15,440 nucleotides of DNA from Amoeboradix gromovi X-113. Its lineage: Eukaryota > Fungi > Sanchytriomycota. The first letter of the stretch is position 1, and every line of letters begins with the position of its first letter. The position numbers and the translations under genes are program-made. Positions 1-10,070 of the stretch are shown here, piece after piece. Location: contig JADGIF010000191.1 of assembly GCA_018985225.1 (NCBI GenBank), forward strand, positions 1-15,440, written 5' to 3'. The notes beneath the pieces are model-generated. The model made no database searches. It was given only the letters and a program-made list of their open reading frames with translations, and had not been told where the DNA came from.

Positions 1-259
1 TCCTTGAATAAATTGTGCAGATATTGCTGTCTAGGCATTGAAAGACATCTAATTCTTCCATGTTTGGACCAGTTCCTCAGTGTTGATGAATGTATGCTGT
101 ACCTGTTAATTATTTATTTAATTTACCATTTGCAAAAAGGAAGAATATCGAGTATTTGAGCTATTAGAAAAATCTGGAAAAGTCATGAAATTATATAAAA
201 ATGCATACAAATTCGCGATAAATGATTTATTCAAGAAAACAATCGAGCTGTGAAAATGA
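1..259 (-). mobile_element. Copy A: left end + TnpA-HTH part of non-autonomous IS607/Fanzor element (runs off window edge)
   Basis: Collinear, high-identity match to 9490-9781 and to the reverse complement of ~12414-12587. The minus strand translates RYSIHSSTLRNWSKHGRIRCLSMPRQQYLHNLFK (IS607 TnpA-like HTH reading into the Fanzor FK.. frame). Confidence 0.85.
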
Positions 260-306
260 AGCTTTGTACCACGTAAGATGCATGGGAAATTAATCTCCTT
301 GAAATT

Positions 307-1230
307 ATGCTTCTATTAGTAGCAATTTCACTTTTTGCCTCATTGATTAAAGATGACCAACAAAATTTGAAACAGACTAAACCAATGAGGATATTAACTC
401 AAAATCTGTATTTAAGGCCGCCGCTTATATCTACTTTACATGGCGATTATAAAGATGAAAGATTAGAGCAGTTTAAAAATATTCTCGGCGATTATGACAT
501 CATATGTTTACAAGAATGTTTTAGCTCTTATTCAAAAAGAGTAGAGGGCCTGATAGAATACGCAAAATTACAGGGGTTTCACAGTGCTCTGGGTCCCGGA
601 AGAAACATCCGTAAAGGTACGATTTGTGATTCTGGGCTACTGATTCTTAGCAAATATAATATACTGGAGACTGAAACTATAATATATTCGACAGGTGCAC
701 ACTCAGACAAATGGTGTTCCAAAGGTGCAGTTTCTATCAAAATTGAGGTTTCCAACGTACCTGTATATATTTTCAACACTCATTTGCAAGCGTCATATAA
801 ATTAGATTTGCAAGAAAATGACAAAGTTGTTCAAATAAGAAAAGCCCAACTACATGAATTTAAGGATTTTGTCAACAGAGTAGCTTCAGTTAAGGAGGAC
901 AAAGTCGTCATTTGCGGTGATTTTAATATTAACAGCAGAGCGCACAGATTTGAATATTCAACCCTGCTAGATATCATGGGTAAGGATGAATATCTCTTAG
1001 AACCTGCATCTAATTCAATAACATATTACCCTTGGAAATACAGATTCTCTGGCATTGCAGATGATAATGAAAAGGAACGTTTAGATTACATTTTCTACAA
1101 AAATTTTAGGTCGGAAAAAGCTCATGTGCATGATAAAGAGCATTTAGAACAAAGATGGAAGAGCTTATCTGACCATTTTGCAGTTTCTATAAATTTACTT
1201 TTTGATTACTTCTTACTTATTTCTTTATAA
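307..1230 (+). CDS. Endonuclease/exonuclease/phosphatase (EEP) family protein, neutral sphingomyelinase-like, with N-terminal signal/anchor
   Basis: Motifs RILTQN, DIICLQE, DSGLLILSKY, NTHLQA, GDFN, RLDYIF, LSDH; hydrophobic N-terminus. Confidence 0.85.
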   Translation: MLLLVAISLFASLIKDDQQNLKQTKPMRILTQNLYLRPPLISTLHGDYKDERLEQFKNILGDYDIICLQECFSSYSKRVEGLIEYAKLQGFHSALGPGRNIRKGTICDSGLLILSKYNILETETIIYSTGAHSDKWCSKGAVSIKIEVSNVPVYIFNTHLQASYKLDLQENDKVVQIRKAQLHEFKDFVNRVASVKEDKVVICGDFNINSRAHRFEYSTLLDIMGKDEYLLEPASNSITYYPWKYRFSGIADDNEKERLDYIFYKNFRSEKAHVHDKEHLEQRWKSLSDHFAVSINLLFDYFLLISL

Positions 1231-1565
1231 ACTTTTTCAATGCTTTTCGGAAAATAAGAATACCCCATCGAAGTTGTTAATGTCAACCAAGCTATAAACT
1301 TGTGTCTCGGTAAAACTTTAAAACACAAAAGCGATCCTACTGTCATAATCCAGAACGAAGGAACTATGTTCTGTTGTTCTGCTTTGATAATAAAGCTTGG
1401 TGCATTTTCATAAGTTTGAAAAGCATATTGCTCCGCAGCCAATAAGGGGTTTCTGATATCTTTGGTGAAGTCCTTAAAGTTATGATAGACAGAGGATCGA
1501 ACTTTAAAGGTAGAATTGGATATGTATTCTCGCATATCATCAAACAGGTTCCTCGGAGCTGACAT
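1206..1565 (-). CDS. Small membrane protein, possibly MICOS Mic26/Mic27 (ApoO)-like
   Basis: 119-aa ORF with two hydrophobic segments separated by a basic PRHK linker and followed by YFP. TTGAAA motif at the start as in neighbouring genes. Family call is tentative. Confidence 0.55.
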   Translation of the reverse strand: MSAPRNLFDDMREYISNSTFKVRSSVYHNFKDFTKDIRNPLLAAEQYAFQTYENAPSFIIKAEQQNIVPSFWIMTVGSLLCFKVLPRHKFIAWLTLTTSMGYSYFPKSIEKVYKEISKK

Positions 1566-1703
1566 TTCAAGGAGAGAATGGTATTATACAATTTTATGAG
1601 CAGGATCCAAAGACTCATGCCAGTAAAGCTGGTGTATGATCTCAGTATTTTAATTCTGTTACTTGGCTTGAAATAGATTTACTCCATTTGAAACAATTCT
1701 TTT

Positions 1704-4189
1704 ATGAGCAGAACAATTTATGAGAGATCGAAGAAGATTTTGTTGGAATTAGAACAGCTGGCACCATTCCGAAATTACTTAGATTATATTGATAAAAGGT
1801 TGAGTAAAAATTCAGCTCCCATTCCATTTTCAGTCGCTTGTCCAGTTGAACAACTCGGCCCTTTGTATGTAAGCGCTACACCAATACATCTAGTAACTGG
1901 AAAACCAGATCCTGTGTCTGTTCTGTGGACTTTGACGCGTTCTGGAGATCCTTTATGCGTCTTGTTAAATTACTTAATACCGAAAGACAAAGTGATTGAG
2001 ATTAAAAACTGGGAAGAAGCTATGATGACGCAAAATCTAAATCAATGCAAGGCTCAAGTGTATTTTTGTATTATGCGATGTAGGAATGAACTTCATTGGG
2101 CAGAATCAGAGCTATTTTCTATTAGTGAACTATATCAAGATGATATAGCTGGATTTCTCAAGGTTTTATACACTTTTGAAAAGATTATTTCTAACTTAGT
2201 CGAAAAAAAGGTAATACTTGATGATAATAAATTGGAAAATCGTAAAAGTATATCCAGTGTTAAAAGTGGTGTTTCCAACCAATCTTTTGATGGTAATTTA
2301 AGTAAAGTGTTCATGGAATTTCTGCAGACTGAGAAGAAGTACGTAAAAGATCTTGAGAAGCTGTTAGACTATCAGATATATGTTGTTACTTTTAACGTAT
2401 TGAAACCTGAAACAGTTGAAATTTTATTTGCAAACTTGCCTTCTCTAGTGGACTTTCAAAGAAGATTTAGCATATGCACTGAAATATTAATGGACGACAC
2501 CAATGAAATAGATATGAGATTACGTATTGGTGCATTGTTTGTTCAAACGGAGACTGCGTTTTCTGTGTATGACGGCTTTTGTAGGAATTACAACAAAGCA
2601 TTGGAAATTACCGATACTGAGTCTGTAGCACTTTCTCAAGCTAATCATTTAATGGAGTGTTCTTACGAGTTACCGTCTTACTTGATAAAGCCAATCCAAC
2701 GTATTTGTAAATTCCCTCTTTTAATAAATGTACTTCATACTGATATAGGAGATAATCAAGCAGTCCAAATTAGATCCAGAATCATTAATATGCAAAGAAT
2801 TACAACTTGGATTAAAAAGCATTAAAAAGGCAGCTGATAGAGTAAACGAAGTGCGCAGGAAGCAAGAGAACTTGGCCATAAAAGAAGATTTAGAAAAGAG
2901 AGTTGACGAATGGAAGGGCCACGACCCTGCGTCTTTTGGTGATTTGTTACTTCATGACAAGTTTCTAATGCTTGTCAATGATACAGAACGTGAGTTACTT
3001 GTGTACCTGTTTGAAAGAATAGTATTATGCTGTAAGGAAGTACAAAATACTTCTGTGCTAAGGGCATTTAAGCAGAAAACAAACGCTCCTAAGTCTGTAT
3101 TTCAAATCAAAGGACGCATTTGGATAGGAAATGTAAGCGGTGTAGTAAACTGCACTACAAAAGGTATAAAAAACTAATTTAGAAGAATTTATGCTCAAGG
3201 TATTCTGGAGAAGCCAAGAAATGGAATCTTTCACTCTTAAGTGCAGAAATGAAGAGCAACTTAAATTATGGCAAATTACGTTAGAGAAGTATTTGGAGAA
3301 ATTAAAGGACAAGAAAAGAAAGAAGCAGAGTATAGGGCCTGCTTCAAGACAATCCCCAAAAATTGAAATAGACGACGATTATCAAGGGGGTAGAATTAAG
3401 CCTGCTAGGCCGCCGCCGCCGCCTGATTTTGAGATCAAGGAATCACCAATACCTACAGGAAAGTCATACTTTGACTCTTTAGAAGATAAACAAGAAAATG
3501 ACTCTATCAAACTGGACACTTCCTCGCAAAAAAGAAGGTCTTCATTATCCTTTGCTGCTCAAATGCCATCTCCTATACCCTCATATAAACCACCACCGCC
3601 ATACGACTATCCACACATATTTTCTAATGAGGGACTTCCTAAAGAAGAAAAGAAGACCGTTAACAAGGCACCGCCAAGACCTAGCCCTCCACCCCTAATT
3701 AAATTAGACGAAGTGGTACAGCCGCTTGGGTTCAGCAATGGATTTTCCAATCTAGAGAGGCCCAAGTCATCGGTACCTGCTACCCCAACACGAATACAAA
3801 CTAACTCAACAGAAAACGAGACTGCCTACATCTCTCCTAGAAAGGCACCTGTACCACCTGTAAGTGACAAGTTTAGAGTGAGGGCATCTACTGATTCAAG
3901 CATGGGCAAAAGCATCACACCTACATCTGCAAAGCCACAGCAGATAAAAGTGAAGGTTCATACCCAGAGTGATAAATATGCACTAATTATAGAAAAGAAC
4001 GTATCTCTTATAGATTTTCATGCGAGGATACAAAGTAAAATACATATAAACAGATTTAGAGTAAAGTATGGCGACGAGGAGCGGCAGAATATATTTGTTA
4101 AGACAGATGAAGATGTGTTCAAAGCACTTGAATATGCTGACAGAAGAGAGGACAAAACGCTTAATGTATTTATCGTCGCCGATAACTGA
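1704..4189 (+). CDS. CDC24: Cdc42 guanine nucleotide exchange factor Cdc24/Scd1 (CH-DH-PH-Pro-rich-PB1); join(1704..2729,2749..3163,3183..4189), 815 aa
   Basis: Cdc24 CH domain (DPVSVLW..GDPLCVLLN, ELFSISELY), DH (EFLQTEKKYVKDLE; YLIKPIQRICKFPLL), PH (FGDLLLHD..VYLFERIVLCCKE), PB1 (IKVKVH..VKYGDEE). Three ORFs join in frame after removing two 19-nt introns. Confidence 0.93.
2730..2748 (+). other. 19-nt spliceosomal intron
   Basis: GTACTTCATACTGATATAG with CTGAT branch-like motif; removal gives PLLIN|EIIKQ..AADRVNEVRRKQEN, restoring the DH C-terminal helix. Confidence 0.85.
3164..3182 (+). other. 19-nt spliceosomal intron
   Basis: GTATAAAAAACTAATTTAG with CTAAT branch motif; removal joins the PH halves in frame (CTTK-EEFMLKVFW). 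Confidence 0.85.
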
Positions 4190-4289
4190 TTGAATAAACC
4201 ACTTTTCATGATCATTTGAACTTTATCACTCTAATAGTTCTTGTTGCTAGAGTTTAGTAACAGAATGAGAGTTATTATCGTCTATGACA

Positions 4290-4690
4290 ATTTTCTAAGA
4301 TTGTTGGCAAGAATGTGTCATTTGAAGACATTTCCAACCGATGTTGAATAAAATTGTCTGAATTCAAAAACTTTGTGAAATGACGCTTAAATGCAAAGAA
4401 AGGGAAACTACTTCGGTATAATGTCATAAAGCATTTACTAATTCAAAGTGTATCATGTGAGTAACTTTAAGGAAACCAACTTGTAGCCATAAAAATGCAG
4501 AAACTATGATTTGGAACTTGATGAGGACCAAATGACACAGAAGATCATTACTTAGGACATGTGCATGCCTACTTGTTACCGCTTCAGGGTAGCGCAAGAT
4601 TTGGAAATTACTGTAACGGTTTGACTGGAGCTGCCAGTTTCTTTATGGAGATCCTTGATATTTTAGATAACAAGGACTTTCAATGAGGAG
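4290..4690 (+). mobile_element. Copy F: diverged IS607/Fanzor element relic with intact right end
   Basis: 4383 onward translates TLKCKERE..KAFTNSKC (cf. KFKCKQRG..ESFTSQTC). 4585-4690 aligns without gaps to the right end of copy B and ends in GAGGAG. The 5' boundary is approximate. Confidence 0.8.
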
Positions 4691-4751
4691 TTTAATAAAT
4701 TGAAATATTAAAAAAACATTTTAATCCTCTTGAAACTAACAGCATTAAGTA

Positions 4752-7700
4752 ATGAAAAACATACCGATATCATTGGTGATAAAGGGAAAAGAGAATGCAA
4801 TGTCAACTACAAAATACAAGGTGTATAACATATTTATCAAATTCTTTTGGGAGCAATTCTCAAATTATGCCAATTTATTCTTTTTTATAACTGCATTGAT
4901 TCAACAGATACCAGACGTATCACCGCTATCACCATGGGCCACGCTTGTGCCACTAACATTTGTAATATTTGTAAGTTTTATTAAAGAGATGGTAGAAGAT
5001 TACAAACGATATACATTCGACAAATCAGAGAACGTAAAAATGCAACTAGTAGTCACCCAGAGCGATACATTGATAGATCACAACAAGACGTCTAGATGCA
5101 AAAGGATGGAGTTGAGCGCTGGTAATATAGTAAAGGTACTGGAAAACGAATCGATTCCAGCCGATATAATTATACTGTGTGCTAGTGATGCGGAAGCATT
5201 TGTAGACACCATGGCATTGGATGGGGAAACTAACTTGAAATGCAAGTCTACATTACTACGGACTAACCAACTATGCAAGATCAACTCAATCGAATGTGAA
5301 GTAGAGTCTCCGAATCCTAACATCGATGGTTTCAATGGCAAATTGACTGCTAACAAGAAAGTATTTAACTTGAGTCTATGCAATTTTATACCACGAGGAT
5401 GTACGCTGAAGAACACTAAATATATTTATGGACTAGTGGTATATACTGGTAATAACAGCAAGATAATATTAAATAGTCAAGAAACACCTATTAAAACATC
5501 CAAGGTAATGAAGAGTACTAATAATTACCTAATAGTGCTTATTTTGTTACTTGGCCTCATGGCTTTAATTAGCGCTGTTGGACAATTCCCTTTTCAGTCC
5601 AGCTATACAATAAACAACAAAACTGCTCTTCAGATGTTCAAAGACTTTTTAACATTCATTGTTCTGCTTAACAATATCATTCCTATCTCATTGATTGTTA
5701 CTGTAGAAGTGGTGAAGACGTTTTTAGCTCTATTCATAAATAACGACATTAAAATGACTGCAAATGTTAAGCGTAGTTCTCTGGTCGAAGAACTTGGCCA
5801 AATAGAGTACATATTTAGCGATAAGACAGGAACTTTAACCCAGAATGTCATGGAATTACAGCAAATAACAATAGTAGATCAAACCTATTCCAATGACAAT
5901 CACTTTGGTGGTATTGTAATGAACAAGTCGCTGGAAAGCTTTATATTTTTGGTCATTTTAAGTGCTTGCCATACCGTGGTAGTAGTTAATGATAATGAGT
6001 ACCAGGCAAGTAGTCCCGATGAATTGGCGCTGGTGAATGCATCAAAGTTAATGGGATTTGAATTACTGTCTCGTACAATGAATACTGTAACAATAAGACA
6101 CCATCACGATGAGCTGGTAATTGAGATATTACACATTATCGAATTTACTAGTGATCGCAAAAGAATGACCATGCTTTGTAAAGTAAAAGAAGACTATTAC
6201 GTGCTGTGCAAAGGTGCAGATAGTGTTATATTACCATTGTGCAATTCAAACAACAAGATAAATGAGCAATTGGATGTTTATAGTAACGAGGGATTGAGAA
6301 CACTCTGCTGCGCATATAGACCAATAAGCAAAAGCAATTCATTAAACTGGACCACATGCCATAAGAGCGCAACAACTTTAGATGAGAAAAGTAGATTAGA
6401 AAGAGAGCTTGAAAGCAACTTGACAATATTAGGATGTACTGGAATAGAGGATAAGCTTCAGGATAGTGTTAGTGAGACTATTGAGCTGTTGAGACACGCT
6501 AATATCAAGTTGTGGGTCTTGACGGGTGATAAGCTGGAAACTGCTATAAACATTGGTTACAGTTGCAAAGTGTTAACACATGCAATGGAACTGTTGATAT
6601 TCAACTTTGAAGACGAGGATACATTTAAGCACAACTTGCAGAAATACCACGCCATGTTTAAATATAAAAAACCCAATTTTAACTTGGATACTACGAGATT
6701 TCAAAAATTAAAGAATTTCTTTGTTGGTGTTTCGCAAGACACATTTGATTATACAAGTCAGGGCAATCCATTAGCACTAGTTATAACAGGACAATCTCTT
6801 AAGTACGCGATGAAAAACCAGGAGCAGTTCTTAAAGTTGGCTTGCTTGTGTAAAACTGTTATATGTTGTAGAGTATCACCGCTGCAGAAATCGGAAGTTG
6901 TTGGTCTAGTTAAAAGGTATCTGAATAAGATTACATTGGCCATTGGTGATGGCGCTAATGATGTGTCCATGATTCAAGAAGCACATATAGGGATTGGTAT
7001 AATGGGCAAGGAGGGTAGTCAGGCTTCTAGGACTAGCGATATATCTATAAGCGAGTTTAAAGCACTCGGCCAGCTGCTACTAGTTCACGGAGTATGGAAC
7101 CATCATAGAATATCTAAATTGGTGTTATTTTTCTTTTATAAAAATATTGCACTGTTTTTGACTCAATTTTGGTTCGCTTGTACAAATTACTTCAGCGGTC
7201 AGTCTATTTATGAGAGTTGGATTGCTTCACTGTACAATGTTTTGTTTACAGCTTTTCAACCAATGTATATTGGCCTTTTTGAACAAATAGTAAGTATATC
7301 TATAATATACAAGTATCCCCAGCTCTATAAAAGTGGTCAAATGGGTACTTTTTTTAGTCCCAAGGTGTTCTGGTCCTATATCTTTAATGCTATATTCCAT
7401 AGTGTAACTTCTTTTTTCATTATATATGCCGTGTACGACGCTGATACCGAGTATAATGGCAACACAAGCGGCCTTTACATGATTGGAGTAGTCATGTATA
7501 CTAGCCTGTTGTTGACGGTCAACTTAAAAGCAGCTATTATTGTCAAGTATTTTAACATTAACGCAGTTGGTGGAATTGGCTATTTTATGTGTCATTAATT
7601 GGCAGTATTGTGCTATGGTTTGCGTTTTTATATACGTACAGTAGTATGGCAGTTAGCCTTAAATTTGGGTATGAGTTGGTAGGTGTAAGTGAAATACTGC

Positions 7701-8008
7701 TTTCAAATCCAAAATTCTACATAGTGATAGCAATGATACCAGCTGTCAATCTATTCCGAGATGTGTTTTGGAAGATTTACAAGAGAATGTTTCACTATGA
7801 ACCATATCATATTGCACAAGAAATACAAGCAATAGAACTTAAACCAATACTAAAACCAAAGATCATAAGAGTAGTAGACAAGATACAAAAGAAGCTACCA
7901 AAAATATCAGGGTACGCGTTCTCACAAAGTGATAAGAGTACATTAGAGAGATTAAGGCCCATTGAAGAAACACAACTGGTAGATATGAATGAACTAGAAA
8001 GGGAATAA
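4752..8008 (+). CDS. DRS2: P4-type phospholipid-translocating ATPase, Drs2/ATP8A-like; join(4752..7546,7567..8008), 1078 aa
   Basis: DGETNLK, IPISL, DKTGTLT, SPDE, TGDK, GDGAND and the C-terminal GYAFSQ motif typical of Drs2/ATP8A. Confidence 0.9.
7547..7566 (+). other. 20-nt spliceosomal intron
   Basis: GTATTTTAACATTAACGCAG with TTAAC branch-like motif; removal gives KAAIIVN-WWNWLFYVSLIGSIVLWF, in frame with ORF 7589..8008. Confidence 0.85.
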
Positions 8009-8021
8009 ATCTTCACGTTTA

Positions 8022-8033
8022 AATAAATTTATT
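8022..8033. terminator. Palindromic bidirectional polyadenylation signal AATAAATTTATT
   Basis: Lies in the 31-bp gap between the convergent stops of the ATPase and MICU-like genes; reads AATAAA on both strands. Confidence 0.5.
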
Positions 8034-8039
8034 AAACAA

Positions 8040-8882
8040 TTAAAATTCCAAAGATTCTTTAGCCTTTTTAAAGCAATGAACTAGTTTTAATTCATTGCGA
8101 GAATCAAACTTGGATTCAAAGAAATTGATGATTTCTTTGTTGTCTAGAAATCCACTCTTGTCTGTATCCAGCAGCTGAAATAATAAAGAACAAGTATTGG
8201 TTGAGACAGTAAAATTGCTAGAAGCTGAAGCAGCAACAATTGCCCTTTCAAATAATGGAAAATCGATGTTTTTGGGACCAAGAAAAGCTAAAACATCATG
8301 TAGCTTTTCATTTTCATTCAGCAGCTTCCAAAGATCAGAAAATTCCTTGAAAGTTAGAGAATCGCAGTTAATGTTTCCGTGGTGTTTCTTAATAGAATTA
8401 GGCAGAGGTTTGGCTAACATCAATAGTTGTGCGACTTTTAAAGGCTCAATTTTATTGTTTACAGCATGAGCTCTGAATTTTATCAAGCAGACAGTATCCT
8501 GAAGTTTTTCAATCCAGGTTTGAAAATCCTTATAAGACATGTCTTTTTCAACAACTGAAATCGCATTCATTTCTTGTCTAGTTAGAACTTGATTACTATC
8601 AAGGTCTAATGTTTTAAATGCCAACAGTAATCTGCGTTTTGGGGTATTTAACAGTTCGCAAAGTACCACAAATTGATCTAGAGTCAAAGACTCTGGAATT
8701 AAACCATCTAATGACTTTTCATTTTCAACTTTATATCCGACAAAGTACTTCAGAATATCTGACCTCTGGAGCTTGTCATCCACAGAGTAATAATTATACA
8801 AATGCTTGTATGTGTCCTGATTATGTAATTGGATTACTGGAACAGATGCTGCGATAGATCGAATTAATAGTCGAGCAAACAT
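8040..8882 (-). CDS. MICU1-like mitochondrial calcium uptake EF-hand protein
   Basis: Presequence-like N-terminus; LLNTPKRRLLLAFKTLDLDSNQVLTRQE, KLQDTVCLIKF, LTFKEF and LFQLLDTDKSGFLDNKE parallel the MICU1 EF-hand blocks. Confidence 0.75.
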   Translation of the reverse strand: MFARLLIRSIAASVPVIQLHNQDTYKHLYNYYSVDDKLQRSDILKYFVGYKVENEKSLDGLIPESLTLDQFVVLCELLNTPKRRLLLAFKTLDLDSNQVLTRQEMNAISVVEKDMSYKDFQTWIEKLQDTVCLIKFRAHAVNNKIEPLKVAQLLMLAKPLPNSIKKHHGNINCDSLTFKEFSDLWKLLNENEKLHDVLAFLGPKNIDFPLFERAIVAASASSNFTVSTNTCSLLFQLLDTDKSGFLDNKEIINFFESKFDSRNELKLVHCFKKAKESLEF

Positions 8883-8982
8883 TGTAACAGACGATGAATT
8901 TTATTAAAATTAATGCTTGTTAACTCTTCTTTCTAGATAATTTGAATGGGATAAACCCCAATCCTCGGCATTCATCAATGAC

Positions 8983-9175
8983 ATGTATTTCTAAGCCTCA
9001 CAATCCTGAACATTTCAGATATAACGAAATAACTAATACAAATAGTATACACTCATCGACCTTAAGAAACTGCCCAAGAATGGGAAAACTAGATTTCTTT
9101 CAACATCGTCTCATAACACTTCAAGTCAAGTGTAAAGAGAGAAGAAAAACGATAGTTGAATATAATGAAGGGTTA
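8983..9175 (+). mobile_element. Copy D: diverged TnpA-HTH/Fanzor relic truncated at the right end of copy B
   Basis: Translates NPEHFRYNEITNTNSIHSSTLRNCPRMGKLDF..KCKERRKTIVEYNEG, matching copy B's NPEYVKSKEITSRYSIHSSTLRSWSKHGRIRF..KCKQRGKIIIEFNES. Confidence 0.8.
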
Positions 9176-9305
9176 CTCCTCGTTAAAAGTCCAGATTTCC
9201 GAGAAAATCGAGAATTTCCACAGAGAAACTAGCAATGCTAGATGCTCCGTTACAGTGATTGCTCACGCTCTCACTACCCTGAGGCGGGATTGAATAAGGA
9301 TGCAG
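9176..9305 (-). ncRNA. Putative omegaRNA scaffold (copy B)
   Basis: Conserved, hairpin-forming right end downstream of RuvC-III; position matches TnpB/Fanzor omegaRNAs. Expression is not shown. Confidence 0.6.
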
Positions 9306-9497
9306 ATACTTGTATATGTTCGTTGCTGCGATATGATCTCTATCTATCTCCAAATGACACTTTGTACAAGTTCAGGTTTCTAAATTGGTTTTCTTTAGAG
9401 TACCACACCTTGTACATGTCTGACTAGTAAATGATTCATTAAATTCTATTATAATCTTTCCTCTTTGTTTACACTTGAACTTCAAGCGTTTCTTGAA
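9183..9497 (-). pseudogene. Fanzor2/TnpB C-terminal fragment (NE.FTS, Zn ribbon, RuvC-III)
   Basis: FKKRLKFKCKQRGKIIIEFNESFTSQTCTRCGTLKKTNLET*TCTKCHLEIDRDHIAATNIYKY...; one in-frame TGA at 9372-9374. Confidence 0.9.
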
Positions 9498-9652
9498 TAA
9501 ATTGTACAGATATCTCTTCTAGGCATTAAAAGAAATCTAATTCTTCCATGCTTGGACCAGCTCCTCAGTGTTGAAGAATGAATGCTGTACCTGCTAGTTA
9601 TTTCTTTAGATTTGACATATTCAGGATTACATCCATTAATTCCATACATCAT
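9498..9652 (-). pseudogene. IS607-family TnpA N-terminal MerR-like HTH fragment
   Basis: MMYGINGCNPEYVKSKEITSRYSIHSSTLRSWSKHGRIRFLLMP then (frameshift) RYLYNL; resembles the TLRxW..GxI....P...R.Y HTH of IS607 TnpA. The serine recombinase catalytic domain is absent. Confidence 0.7.
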
Positions 9653-10070
9653 TTGCGAAAAGGAAGAACATCGAGTATTTAAGCTATTAGAAAAATCTGG
9701 AAAAGTCATGTAATTATACAAAAATGCATACAAATTCGCGATAAATGATTTATTCAAAAAAATAATCGATCTGCGCAATGATATTTTTATCATTTATCGT
9801 TTTCGAATTAAGTTAAGGTAGTAACTGCTTATCTTCCCACGCAACAGAACCAGATGGTAGCTAAATTATCTACTATAACTGCTTCCCAGTCTACTTTTTA
9901 CAGAGTGTGTCCCACATGCTCATCGCTGTTACCAAGAATGAGTCAGTTAACATTTAGTAGCATTCTAATTATGTACAGTACTGTTAATAGTTTTTAACGT
10001 TAACATCAGCAGACCTGTTGTCGCAGATACTTGCACTTGGCTAGCTCGCATCCTAAAGGTTTTTGTAACA

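Larger units (their letters stand above)
9176..9789 (-). mobile_element. Copy B: ~614-bp internally deleted IS607-like element with both ends (left end, TnpA HTH, Fanzor C-terminus, right end)
   Basis: Both ends are defined by abrupt loss of identity with copy C (TAAAAATATCATTGCGCAG...TTTTAACGAGGAG). Confidence 0.9.

Noticed and set aside
3409-3424. GCC trinucleotide run
   Set aside because: Encodes a polyproline tract of Cdc24; not a separate element.
1704-4189. CDC24 (and the P4-ATPase) as frameshifted pseudogenes or separate genes
   Set aside because: Each break is exactly repaired by a GT-AG micro-intron with a branch-like motif.
8942-9793. ORFs 8942..9232, 9242..9427 and 9482..9793 as host genes
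   Set aside because: They are chimeric or antisense readings of element copies D and B.
9900-10040. RPB10- or Rpr2-like zinc protein suggested by CPTC...CCRR
   Set aside because: Two in-frame stops lie between the motifs, no splice path restores the frame, and surrounding residues do not match convincingly.
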